In this document: in pieces, positions 38,028 through 49,887 of the stretch
Numbering within the stretch: the first letter of the stretch is position 1
Layout of the letters: each line of letters begins with the position of its first letter
DNA from: Pseudovirgaria hyperparasitica
Lineage: Eukaryota
Length of the DNA stretch: 64,000 nucleotides
Reading direction: 5' to 3' (one strand)
NCBI GenBank assembly: GCA_010093815.1
Contig: ML996570.1
The notes under the pieces: model-generated
The model's input: only the letters and a program-made list of their open reading frames with translations
What the model was told of the DNA's origin: nothing
Database searches by the model: none
Program-made: the position numbers and the translations under genes

Positions 38028-39797
38028 ATGCCGATTCTGATCGAGTGGCCCGATAGTTGGGTAACAGCTGACTCTTCCGGACACATGTCCTCCTTTAGAG
38101 AGCCCTCGATGGAAAGAGATAAGAGCGCGGGGAAGCTTTGTGAGCGAGAACTCTGTGATAGAATTTTGGCCAGAGATGAGTTCAAGCCCAAGCAGAGCTG
38201 GCTCAAGCGCGCAAAGACGGCGTTGAAGGAGCTCCCAATGCGAAGAACTAGCGAGGTTCCCAGCAGGACATTCCATTCAGACCGTGTAGCCACTTTTGTG
38301 GACAAAGACCGTCGGTATCCGTCTCAATTCGAACTCACTGAGACGTCTCCGCGTGCGTTCAAAGCGTTCCAGCATAATCAGAAGCGAAGCTTTCTTCACC
38401 GCTTTCCACCCGAGCTAATCGTCCGTGTTGCCGAATTCCTGCCAGCCGGCGGTGATCATGTACTCGCAAACACTTGCTCGACTCTGAAGCAGATACTGTC
38501 CGAGAAACGTTTTCCTCACACATCGCACACGCGGAGCTTGTCTCACCCGGCAATTTATGCCTCTGAGCCTACACCGTATGACCCCTCTTCCGTCTGGCTT
38601 CTGGAATGGGATAACTTTTGCTGGGATTGTCGAGTCAGTCGAGCGTCGAAGCGGTTTAAATCATTGAAGGGTTTCCATTGCCACGCTTGCGCAAAGAAAC
38701 ACCCAGCAATGCTGTTTTCGAAAGCGATGAAGGAAGGCATCTATCGCAGTTGCCTGGGTCGCCAAGGCCGCATAAAGCTCTGCGCACATAAAGAACTTAC
38801 TTACGAACAGCTTCGGGCCTGCTACAAGCTCAAGAAGAACTGGCATGTGGAGGAGCGCTTTCTCACGTTTACGACTTGCAATCATGATGATCATAATCGT
38901 GAAAATTGGACAGGCGAAGTTTCAACCAACTTGTCGAACAGACCCAAGGTCACCAAATGGGCCGGCCCTGATCGCGTTTCTGCAGCAGTAAGAGCAAAGA
39001 TGCAAGACCCGCTCGCCATAACGTCGCAAGAACTTGTGCTCACGATCCCGCGAAACGCAGAAGTCACAAAGGCTGCTCTTAAAGCCGCCCTGTCGAAAGT
39101 GAAGCACTACGTCTGTCCCCATGAATCCGATCTCACGATCCTCGTCACGCATTCCTTGCCCCATCTCAACTGCATCGCCGGACCCCTTGGCACAAAATGC
39201 ACACGACACGACCACTCGCACGCAGACGAGTCCTCCAACAAACTCAGCATCCCATACCACGACTGCCAGCGCTGCCAAACAGCCATGCGGCTGTTCCGCT
39301 GGGAGCGCTCAACATCTCCATACGGTGGTGCAAAATCACCCGACGAGATCATCCTACTCGTTACCCGCGTGATCCATCATCTTGCAGACCCTGCCACACC
39401 GTTCTGGCTACACCACCTGGAGCCCTCAACCTACGACCTGAACCGCGATTTGACGGAATGCTACACATGGTGCCGGAAGGCAGGCTGCGCGACCTCCCAG
39501 CGGAGGTTCGCATATCTAGATGTGGCACTTTGGGAAGAGAGATACAAGTATGAGAAAAGTAAGTTGGGGTTATACCCTAACCTGACACTGTGGCATCAAA
39601 GGGCGCAGATTGCGCATCGGATGCGTACTAGACGTAGAGCCTGTATGCAGGGAAAGCCGTTGCCGACACCGCCGCATGAATATTTGAGGCGGTGGCCAGG
39701 GCATTATCGGCGGTGTTGGGGGATGTTAGGGTTTGAATACAGAACAAAGAAGCGGTTTGAGGGTTGGGTTGATAGTATCAGGTCAGTAGTTTCGTAG
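38028..39797 (+). CDS. F-box-like protein with Cys/His-rich C-terminal region
   Basis: 589-aa ORF. FLHRFPPELIVRVAEFLP..LANTCSTLKQIL resembles an F-box. Several CxxC/CxH motifs. True start may be a downstream Met. Confidence 0.65.
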   Translation: MPILIEWPDSWVTADSSGHMSSFREPSMERDKSAGKLCERELCDRILARDEFKPKQSWLKRAKTALKELPMRRTSEVPSRTFHSDRVATFVDKDRRYPSQFELTETSPRAFKAFQHNQKRSFLHRFPPELIVRVAEFLPAGGDHVLANTCSTLKQILSEKRFPHTSHTRSLSHPAIYASEPTPYDPSSVWLLEWDNFCWDCRVSRASKRFKSLKGFHCHACAKKHPAMLFSKAMKEGIYRSCLGRQGRIKLCAHKELTYEQLRACYKLKKNWHVEERFLTFTTCNHDDHNRENWTGEVSTNLSNRPKVTKWAGPDRVSAAVRAKMQDPLAITSQELVLTIPRNAEVTKAALKAALSKVKHYVCPHESDLTILVTHSLPHLNCIAGPLGTKCTRHDHSHADESSNKLSIPYHDCQRCQTAMRLFRWERSTSPYGGAKSPDEIILLVTRVIHHLADPATPFWLHHLEPSTYDLNRDLTECYTWCRKAGCATSQRRFAYLDVALWEERYKYEKSKLGLYPNLTLWHQRAQIAHRMRTRRRACMQGKPLPTPPHEYLRRWPGHYRRCWGMLGFEYRTKKRFEGWVDSIRSVVS

Positions 39798-40749
39798 ACA
39801 GCTCGCTGCGCGTCACCCATTCGATCGTTTACGAACTGATTTTAGCACAAAACTGGATTTTCCTGTAGCTGCTCGGTTTTGATTCATGGTTCACGACGAT
39901 GACAAAATATAGCCTTTTGTTTGTGTCGACCGCAAGGTAAAAAGTCGCTCCATTAATGTTCTTTCACTGCTTTCCCAGCACATTGTGTAAATTACTCATA
40001 ATTTAAACTGACTTCGACTACAAAGAATGTCTTACAGACTTACTAGACCATACTACAGCTCGATAGCTAAAAATTCACATAGCAAACACTCTACTAGGCT
40101 CAGTAGACCGGGACCGTCAGGTTCGTAACGAACAGCGTGACCAACTGTGCTCGCGTTGTACAACTGCATAATGGTTTAACAGTTCCCAGAATAATCTGTT
40201 TCACACTTACACACCCAAGTAAGAATGCTCGCAATCAACTGCTATCTGCATACAGGGCCAAGCAGTAGTGACCTTCTTTGAACCAACCAACATCTCAGAA
40301 GCAAATGTGAAATACTGCTCTGCCACGCATCCACATAGAGCATACGGTAAATCTTTCCAGTAATGAATATCTAAAGATAGCCTGTAACACTCCTATGAGT
40401 GTGTCTTGATAAGAGTCAATATTATTCGCCTCTTGCCAACCGTGTCACAAAGAGCGTCGTGGTGCTTATAAAGCCCTGTTTCATCATGCAAGGGATGGTT
40501 AACTCGGCGGCACAGCCATATTTTGCACTCTTAACATACGCCGGTATAGATACGATACCCTAGTAACCTAGTGCCATGGAATGTGACGCATCAGTGAATG
40601 GAACGTATGAGGTTGGTGTCACAGCAGACTGTACATCGATGAATATAAAGATGCCTCCCTTCACTCCGACGCAGTCCACTCAACCTCATTCGTGCCTATA
40701 TCTCACAAACGACCAAGCCCTGGTAATACTTTGCCTCGACAACTTCACC

Positions 40750-41280
40750 ATGCGCATTCTCAAACTGGTCATAGTGGCCATGGTCGCCATCCTCACACCT
40801 CCGATCTCAGCAACTCCACTCCCCACTACGCAAGATCAATACCTACCGCACCGCGCTCGTGACACATGCCCTTCGACAGGTGGCAATGCCATCGCTGTCA
40901 AAATCTGTACCGAACGCGCCTTCGCTGGATCTTGCCATTACCACAATCCAGGTCCCGAGGGGGACTCGCGGTGCTACAGCGTGACACAGGCTAGCAAGTT
41001 CCCTATCGAACTCACTGGCAAAGGCAACGTACAGTCGATCGAGCCAGACCCACAGACATTGTGTATCGTATATCGTGGGGAAGGATGTGGAGAGGACGAC
41101 GCAGTCAAGGCGCAATATGAGGCGAAAGGAATCGTGGTTGATGGGAACATGATGTGTCCGGGACGGGCTGATATCAGAGAAGAGGATTTGAATGCTATCA
41201 GTTTTAGATGTACAGGAACGGCGGGCAGGGCAGAAGGAGAGACCAAGGATTGGTTGAGAAAGTGGAACCCCACTCAGTAG
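40750..41280 (+). CDS. Small secreted Cys-rich protein, beta/gamma-crystallin-like pattern
   Basis: Signal peptide from MRILKL (40750). Pattern VKICTERAFAGSC..C..VQSIEPD..CIVY..GC..PG..DI..ISFRC. TATAA at ~40644 lies downstream of the ORF-track ATG. Confidence 0.75.
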   Translation: MRILKLVIVAMVAILTPPISATPLPTTQDQYLPHRARDTCPSTGGNAIAVKICTERAFAGSCHYHNPGPEGDSRCYSVTQASKFPIELTGKGNVQSIEPDPQTLCIVYRGEGCGEDDAVKAQYEAKGIVVDGNMMCPGRADIREEDLNAISFRCTGTAGRAEGETKDWLRKWNPTQ

Positions 41281-41603
41281 AAGTGACTGATGAGCTTGAG
41301 GAGGGCAAAGATGGGTAATGACTATGGCAAGTGAAATGATATATGTGAAGCTTATTCATTGGAAAATGGACATAGAGATCTGCATAGGCAAAGAAACCCT
41401 AATTTTGAAAAGCCAAACCTTATATTATTTCTGCGCAGTCTTCGATGCACCTGAATAGCAAGATTTCATAGCTATAAAAGCTGCATAGCGATAGAAGTTC
41501 CATAACAACCAAACATGATGCATTGAAAACTGTAGTACCACGCAATTACAGCCCTCATGACCGTATGTACCGATTTCCCGTAGACACATAACGGACCCAT
41601 CCG

Positions 41604-41837
41604 CTACATAAACGCCCTGGACCTGATGATGCCCCTCAAGCGCCTGAAAGTATTCCTCCGCTGCAACTCCTCGTCGCTGTCATCACTATGGAAAACAAGC
41701 TGTTCATGATTACCGGCTTGTCCGCTCGCACCCCTCTCTAGCACTCTGCCTCTCTCTTCAGGCGCTGCTGAGCCCTGTGCATCGTCTACGTCAACTTCAT
41801 CTTCTACGCGAGCGGCAAGCCTATTTACAAAAAACCC
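41604..41837 (-). other. Candidate -1 ribosomal frameshift cassette: slippery site, stem and 75-codon -1 frame ORF
   Basis: G_GGT_TTT at 41837-41831. Stem arms GGCTTGCCGCTCGC (41821-41808) and GCGAGCGGACAAGCC (41729-41715). The -1 frame is open to TAG at 41606-41604. Confidence 0.6.
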
Positions 41838-44800
41838 TTTGAACCACTAATCTTACGGAGCTCACGACGGATCGATCCAGCCATGATACTGCCTGGACCA
41901 CCAGCGCTGCTCGATGGCCTATCACTACTTCCTGAGAGCCCTGGTAGAGCGCTCGCGTTGCTGACACGTCGGCTCCCTCCATCGCTGCCAGGTACACCCA
42001 GAGCACTTCTACGTTCGACGCGGAGACCTTTCCAGCCTTCGAGTTCGCGTTCGATGCGAGCCGACTTTTCGCGCTCCTCTTTAAGTTCACGTTCGGCGCG
42101 CTTAGCCATGAGTTGGGAAGTTGAATCGGCAGATTGCAACTCGTCAATGGTTTTCAAGAGGTTGCTGATCTTGTCGCGAGCCTTAGCAACATCATCCGCC
42201 AGGGTAGCATTTGCTTTTTCGCGACGTTCGAGTTGCGTTTGAAGATCTTTCACTGTTCGGTCCACATTGCGGACTGATTTCGATTCAGTGGCCCTGACGG
42301 ACTCGACTGACTCGAGTTGTTTTTCGAGCTGTAAATGTGTTAGTGTCCTACGCAACAGATCATAGCCGATGTACTCACCTCCTGAATACGTCCGTGGAGG
42401 AACCGAACGTCTTGACTTGCACGACCTCCCTGTCCTCGAGTCTCAAGGTCGACGAGTTTGAGTTGCAAGTCCTTCATGCTCTTTTCAAGAGCAGCTTTCT
42501 CCTTGTGGAGTTGAACATTGAGGTCTCTTTCTGTTCCGATATCCTTTTGAAGTTCCTGAGCCAAGGCCTCGGACCTTCTCATCTTGCCGACAGCTGCAGC
42601 GACAATGTCTTCCTGCTGAGCAAGGTCCGACTTCAAACCTAACAATTCCTTATCAAAGGCTGCCGCATTGCGCAGAGAAGGCGATTCGCTTTTCGAAAGT
42701 TCGTCGAGACGTTGCGATGCGTCCGCGAGGCGTCTTTCCAGGGTTTTCTTCTCGGTGATAACGTTGTCTCTTTCTGCTAGAGCGTTGTCCATAGAGTTCC
42801 GAAGATGGTTCACCTGTGTCAACAGAGATACAATCTTTGTTTGGGCCTCATTATGCGCACTTGTGGCTTCGTCGCGGGAGTTGGACACATCCTGAAGGGT
42901 CATTTCGAGTCTGGCTTTTTCCTTAGCCCAGGTGGAGCTATTGAGGACCTCGTCGTCCCATTTGCCGCGCAACTCTTCGATCTCATCCCGAAGTCGTCCA
43001 TTCTCCTCGCGAACATAGATGACATTTTCGCGCTCAAGTTCAAGCTCGTGAGTCAAGCTTGACAACTCATGCTGATAGGTCTTACGGGTATGTTCCATAG
43101 AAGTTTCATTATCTTCGATGTCTATCGCGCGTTGGCTGCGGTAGTCTTCGAGCTCGTTTTGCAATCGCTTCTTGGATTGGAGAGCTCCTTCTAGATCCGC
43201 AGACACATCCTCAAGTCGCTCCTCGGACTTTTGCGCCTGGCGCTGCAGGTCTTCGATTATGTCGTCCATCTGCTTGCGTTCAGCCATTATATTGGCACAT
43301 GTCTCTTCTGCTTCTCGAGCTTGACCCTTGGCGAATTGCTCAGCACGTGTAGCTTTAAGGACCGAGATCTCGGCCTGTTCAAGCTTGTTAAAGTATTCGT
43401 CTGCACGCGACTTGTAAAGATTTAGACTTGACTCGACGTCGATAAGTTTAGAGGTCTCCGAATCCAGCCGAATTTGCAGGTCAGAAAACTCCTCAAGAAG
43501 TTGACTATGGCTCGCCGATTCTTGCTCTCTTTCGGAGCGTAGGCTTTCGAGATTTGAGAGCGTGTCGCGAAGTTCCAAATCGGCGGTCTGCTTTGCCTTT
43601 TTGAGCTCGTCGAACGTAGCCTTAGCATCCGCAAGCTCGGATCTCGCATTCGCGCAAGAGTGGGACAGCATTTGCCTGTTTTCTTCCTGAGATTGGATCA
43701 GGTCGTAGAGCTCCTCATGTGACTTCGTCTGAATTTCTTGGAAGCTGAGTTGGCCTGATCTGATACTGCGCTCAAGGGCTGAGATCTGAGCCGAAGAGTC
43801 GTCCAGAAGATTGTGTAATCGAGAGTTCTCTACCTCAAGTTTCTTCTGTCGTCGAAGAGAAGGGCTTTCCTCTCCCCATGTTTGTTTGACAGGCGATCGC
43901 TTCAATTCGTTCTCTAGATGTCGGTTCCGCATCTCACTCATCTGAAGTCTATTTTCAACCTCCTCGAGTTGCGTAGCCATATCCATGCGCTGATTGAAGA
44001 TTGTTGAGTCAACAGTACGGTCTGATCGGCCCGAGTGGTTTGTCGCACTACTCTGGTGACGCTGGTGGAGCGGAGTAGTTGTTGCACTGAAAGGACGTCG
44101 GTTATCAGAGTCCTTCCGTTGATGCTCTGGGGACCGACGAGAGCTTGCTTGATTGACTTGGCTCGCGTTCATCTCCTCGAGCAAAGCTCTCCGAGAATTT
44201 GTATGTCGGCCCTCGATCTCTGAAATCTCACCCTCAAAGCGATCTCGTGCACCGTCGAGTTGAGTCTCGGCCCTTGTGGCCCGTTCGGTGGCTACTCGTA
44301 GGGACTGCTGAGCTGCCTCGAGCTGACGAGCCAGCTCCACGACGTTGGAGATGTCAGGTTTTGCAGCTTCGTAGGTAATAGAGAGATCCGCCTCGGGATC
44401 AAAGACTTTACGAAGAGTCATAAGCTGACCATGAGAATCTGAGAGTTCGCGATTCGCGTTGTCCAATGCCATCTGTACCGCTCGAGTGCTAGACTGCGCT
44501 TGATTGCGTAGCTGTCGTTCTGTCTCTAGCTTTCTATTTGCATCGGCAAGCTGTAGATTGACAGAAGATGAAACTTTCTCAGCGTTTCGGCTTGTTTTGT
44601 GCTCTCTCGTAATCTCGTGATTCAAATCCTCAAGGGCCAAGGAAAGTTTCTCCTTCTGTTTATCGAGTGAAGTGATGTTTATTTGCGCCTCTTGGAGCTG
44701 GCTCTGAAGATATAAGTTCTCCTTCTCTAGTTTGTCCTTCTGTGCTTGTAGTTGGGCCTTTGCAGCCTGAGTTCGCTGGCTGTCGCCCATTCGAGAATTG

Positions 44801-47800
44801 GAACGCGCGATATCCAGGTTCTTTTGCTGAATCTTGTTCAACAAAGTCTTGTTATCGTTTTCGGAGGCTGCAAGTCGACCTTTGACGGTCACAAGTTCGC
44901 GCTCAAGGCGTTGTCTGTTTTGGTCGTGCTGCGATCTAATAGCGTCTGCGGCAGCAACCTTTAGACGTTCCACATCATCGCTCAAACGCATGCACTCTTC
45001 CTCCAATTGCCTGATCTGGCGGTCTTTCGCGTCAAGCTGCTCTTTCAACCCAGCCGACCGTTCCATGGCCAAGCGCGAGGCGGTACGTTGTGCTTCCTGA
45101 TCAGCATCGATTTTGGCTTCTTTCAATTCCAAGTACTCCTGGCGGAGATCATGCAGTTGGGTCTGAATCTCCCTGCGATCTTTGTCGGCCGAATTTTTGG
45201 CTTCTGTTGCTCGTCGTAGGATATCCTGTTGAACGTACATCTCCTTTTCAATGGTGATTTTGGACTCGTTGAGCGAGTCAAAATCTCGCTTTAGCTCCTT
45301 GTACTTTTCCTCTCCGATCATCTCCACATCGTCTCGAGATTGGCGTTCCCGCGCTAAAGAAGACTGGACTTGAAACAGCTCGGCGCGAAGATCATCAATC
45401 TGGCTCTCAAGCATCTTACGCCCCTGGCCAGCCTCTTCATCTTCTGACATCTTGTTTGCTAGAAGCGTCTTTGCATCGGCGGCTTCACGTTCGAGATGAG
45501 ATGCTTGTGATCTCATGGCCTCCATTTCACCTTGCACTTCTCTTAATCGACTTTGAAGATCATCATGTTTCGATGCTAAGGTGCGTTTCTCGCTATCGAA
45601 CAGTTTACGATCTGAGTCATAGTTTTTGAGATCAGTCCTCAGTATAGCGAGCTCGCTCTCTTTGCGTCGAATGAGATCTTCGTAGCTAGTTGACGTAGAT
45701 GAAAGATCGTTCATCTGTTGTCGGATGGAGCGATTCTCTTCCAGGAGCTCTTTGACCTGCCTCTTTGTGTTGGAGAGATCTTTGGTTGAGGCGGCGAGTT
45801 TAATGTCGAGATCTTGATCTGTTTTTAGCAACTTCTCTTCTAGATCCTGGAGCTTACGGTCTTTGAGAGACAACTGAGACTGTAGCATTCGTAGCTCTCG
45901 TGTGAGACTTTCTTCAGCCTCACTGCGCTGCGATTGAGCGTGCTCCAGGTCAGTGAGCTGCTTATTGACTTCGGATATGCGATCGGTGAGAACTGACTTC
46001 TCTGCTTCCAGCCGGCTGATGATCTCGCCTGCGCTTTGAAGTTCCTTCCGCCACGCGTCTGCTTGGCTCTCAATCTGCTTTTTCGCATCAAGTATTTCGT
46101 CAATTTGATCCTCAAGTTTCTCCTGGTCATCTAGAGCCTCGGAGAGCTTCTCAGCCAGTTCGGTCTCGCGCAGTTGGAGGCGCTTGAATATCTCATCCTT
46201 GTCTAAAGCTAGAGCACGTTCACTCTCTAGCGTTTGCTGAATTCGCTGGATCTCTGTCTCGGCTCGTCGACGGTCTTCATCCAGTCGTTGGCGATCTCCG
46301 GCTTCATTCTGCATCCGTTGTTCAAGCGCTTTGATCATCTCGTCACGCTTTTGCACTTCCGCGGCTTGTCGAGTCGCGCCAAGCATTGGCCGCATCATCA
46401 CATACAGCTTCCACCACGGGTTGGCTTGGAGTTTGAGATATACCTGGAAATTCTTTTGGATGATTCTGGTGGCTTCAGCTCGATAGAGGCGTTTATGTGC
46501 AATGCGTCTTTGGATAAATCCTCTAGCGACAGACTGAAAGCGAGACATGATTTCGCGAATGAGCTCATCTCGCTGTTCCTCCAGCTCTGCTAAGACACCA
46601 GCTCGGAAGAACACCTTTGTCAACCCAACACGGTAGAGCGAGCGGTCCAATTTTAGTTTGCCGAGCATGAGCTTGGCGATCTCACGCCCTTCGAGGGGAT
46701 TAGTTGGCATGTCCTTGCAAAGAACTTCATACCGGGTGCGGAACTCTACGAAGGGTAGTCTGTTAGGGAAGCCTGTACGTGCAATTCGAATACCCTCGAG
46801 AACACCGTTGCATCGAAGTTGGTCCAGTACTAAGGGTGCACTGAATTGCTTCGGACGCTTCTTGTGATTTGGAATGATACATCTTACGAAGTGAGGATGA
46901 GTTGAATGTAGTTGTGTCATAAGAGTAGACAGCTGCTCCTTATGCCTTTGAGCGACGGTCCTAAACAAACCTTTCTTAACGCGACTTCGTGCTGCACCCT
47001 GTTCATCATCTGCCTCGACACAGTCAGAGAACAGGTGCGCGATGTGCTTGTCCGATGAGTCAGCGAGAAGTCTTGTGGCGTTGTCATTCATCGGGTCTTT
47101 ATTCTTCTCTAACCAGCCTTCTGTCGAATACTCCACTTCTGCCGCATAGTGAGTAAGAATGAAGCCCTGATTCAAGATCGAACGTCGATACTTTGGTGTC
47201 TTTCGGTCCCAAAGTGAGTTCAGCTTCTCCGTGAAGGTTTTGTCGGTGGCCTTTGGCATAACGCAGTCCTCATCGAGGCACGAGAATATCCCGATCGGAT
47301 TTGAAAGCTCGATCAGGTCGATCGTCGGTTGGAGATCTCTGCCGAAATCGATGAAATTCCACTCGATTTGCTCCCTCGCGTATTCCTCTTGCTCGAGAAC
47401 GAACATGTGATGGTTGAAAAATTGCTGCAATTTCTCATTGGTGAAGTTGATGCAAAGCTGCTCGAAGCTATTTTCGTCGAAGATCTCAAAACCGGCGATA
47501 TCAAGAACACCGATAAAGTGAGAATCATCTGCCCCACCACCACAATCCAATTGTCTGTTGATGCGATTCACGAGGTCTCCAAAACCTCGCTCATAGATTC
47601 CCTTTGCCAGTGCGTCAAGTGTGAGGTTGACCTGCTCCGGTGTTTGCACCTTTTCGACCCATTCTCGACCTGCCTTGACACGTGGGTGTAGCAAAGCCTT
47701 GATAAAAGGGTCCAAGGGAATTCCCAAAAGCTGACACACCTTAGCTGCGTGGGAGCGTGCATCCGTACCAAGAGCTGCCTGATCTGCGCGAATGCTTTCT

Positions 47801-49312
47801 TTTGTCGCTCTTATATTTCCCAAATGCAGGATTGCAGCCATCTTACGGAGTATAGATGTTTGATCTCTTTCCGAGAAACCCATGATATGAAAGGCTTCCA
47901 CAAGTGAGTTCCACTCCTCTTGGTCCGAAACACCTGTGATCGTATCATTACCATGTTTCGTATATTCAAAATCTCCAATGTCAAGGCCGTCAAGAAGAAA
48001 ATCGCGCTTCATTTTTGTACCAGCGCCTTGAAGCAGCTGGTAGAAAATGTGGTAGCTTCGTTCATTCGTGTTGATTCGGACCACGCGCGATTTTTCAAGA
48101 AGATACCAGTCTATGAAAGCTCCAGCTATTTGTCCAGCTCGCGTGAATTCAATCCTTATGAACTTCCCAAAGCGGGAGGAATTATTGTTTCGAACAGTCT
48201 GTGCATTGCCAAAAGCTTCAAGGATCGGATTGGCTCGTAGAATCTGCTCAGATAGATTTGATATATGTCGACCTCCTGATTTCGCCCGTGGTGTATCGGA
48301 AGTAGCAACAGCAGCAAGGTATTGAATGACCTTCTTGGTATTTTCTGTCTTGCCAGCTCCTGACTCGCCTCTGTCTTTCGATTAGCAAAGTTGAAAGAAG
48401 GCCATCACTTGAGCATACGCACGTCACTAATATGCTTTGATTTGCCCCCTCATCCACAAGATTGCGAAAGGCTTCGTCGGCCATGGCAAAAATATGAGGC
48501 TTTGTGTCCTCTCTCCCTCGTCCTTTGTACATGTTGATGTAATCTCTGGAGTATATGGGTAGAGGACAATACGGGTTTACGGTCACCAGGAACAAGCCCG
48601 AATAAGTCTATCCAGATGTCAGCGTCATATTTCAGAGCTAGATCTAAGATTACTTACGTATATGAGATCAGATTGGTACCTCATCTGTAGATTGTGGACG
48701 ACTGATGGTTCATTCAAATGTGTAAGTTCAGCCATGTCATTTGCCTTGTCAAACTTTGCTGGATTAACCTTGTCCACTGCATCTGCGAGAACTTGCCGTT
48801 GCTGAGTATTTTATTAATATGCCACCTGTAGCGCTGTAAAGGGCTCGAGACGCTCGACTTACACTGCCATCTTCACACTGTACCAGCAGCATATCACCTT
48901 CAGACTCTTCTACTACCCATCCGCGAACAAAAGCAGTGCTGGGATCCTTCAGCCAGACGTATCTTTTCCCAGAAAAGTCGTTTTCCCCTTCAATACCACG
49001 GACACTTCCCGTCCCGGTTTCTGCGTCCTCTGTCTTTATAAATTGCGGTGCGAACGTGCCGCCCACGGGGGTTCCATTGCGCAAAGAATGTGACCGCTTG
49101 CGAGCACCATTGACTTCCGTGTTGCTGTCTGCATTTCCGGTTGGAGAGAATGATTGATTTCGCGCATGCGCTGGGACTTGAGTATTGGAGAGCGGAGAGG
49201 ATAGCATGGTGGATTTAGGCCTGTTGCTGAGAGGCATAGGTCCAGGGGAGGGTGATACCCTGCCAAAGGGACTGGTCCTCCACCGTGGACCGTTCTGTGC
49301 TGGAGCGCTCAT
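41825..49312 (-). CDS. myoB: Myosin type II heavy chain, multi-exon
   Basis: SH3-like N domain, [13 protein letters not shown]-loop (spliced), [35 protein letters not shown] motifs, long coiled-coil tail. Introns at ~48862, ~48658, ~48422 and 42378-42329. Ends KGFL*. Confidence 0.97.
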
Positions 49313-49887
49313 ATCGAGGTGAGGCCGTCTGGCATTCGAAGAGTCTTTACAAGCTGAGGTTCATGATGCACACGCGTCGATGTGCAGCGGCAAACTGAAT
49401 GGAATGGAAGAACGCGTTCCAGTGAGATTTGAAGTGACGGTAATAATCGCACGACCAGTTCAAGAAGATAGAGTAGCGTACATCAGCAATGACGGCGGGG
49501 TTGCGCTCGGGTGCGTTGAATGATTAGTCCTGCTATCTTGGAGGTAGTCCGTTTGGCAGCTATGCTTGTAAACAAAACCCGCTCCTTACCCAAGCAACCA
49601 CAGCCGTTAGCGCGCTGCACCGTGTTGTAACCTGCTCTTCCCGCTTTAGACGGCTAAACCTCGCTAAAACCTCCCAGTACATGTCCGTGAGTCTCTTGGT
49701 CTCTTGACCGCGTACCTAGGTAGTTCTTCTCAACTAAGACTTCTCGTGTTCATTTTCAGTCTGTTCGCCGTCGCATCTAAAACCACTCTTTCCCCAGCCC
49801 TCTCATCCAGGAGCGCTAGTGCTATGATCTGACAAATGCGGTCTCGTCACCAGTCTCTTGTTTATCCTTTTGCCATATGTGACCATC

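Noticed and set aside
41804..41827. Stop-codon readthrough of myosin II
   Set aside because: TAA in a non-leaky context, and the in-frame continuation is only six codons. The long open frame is -1.
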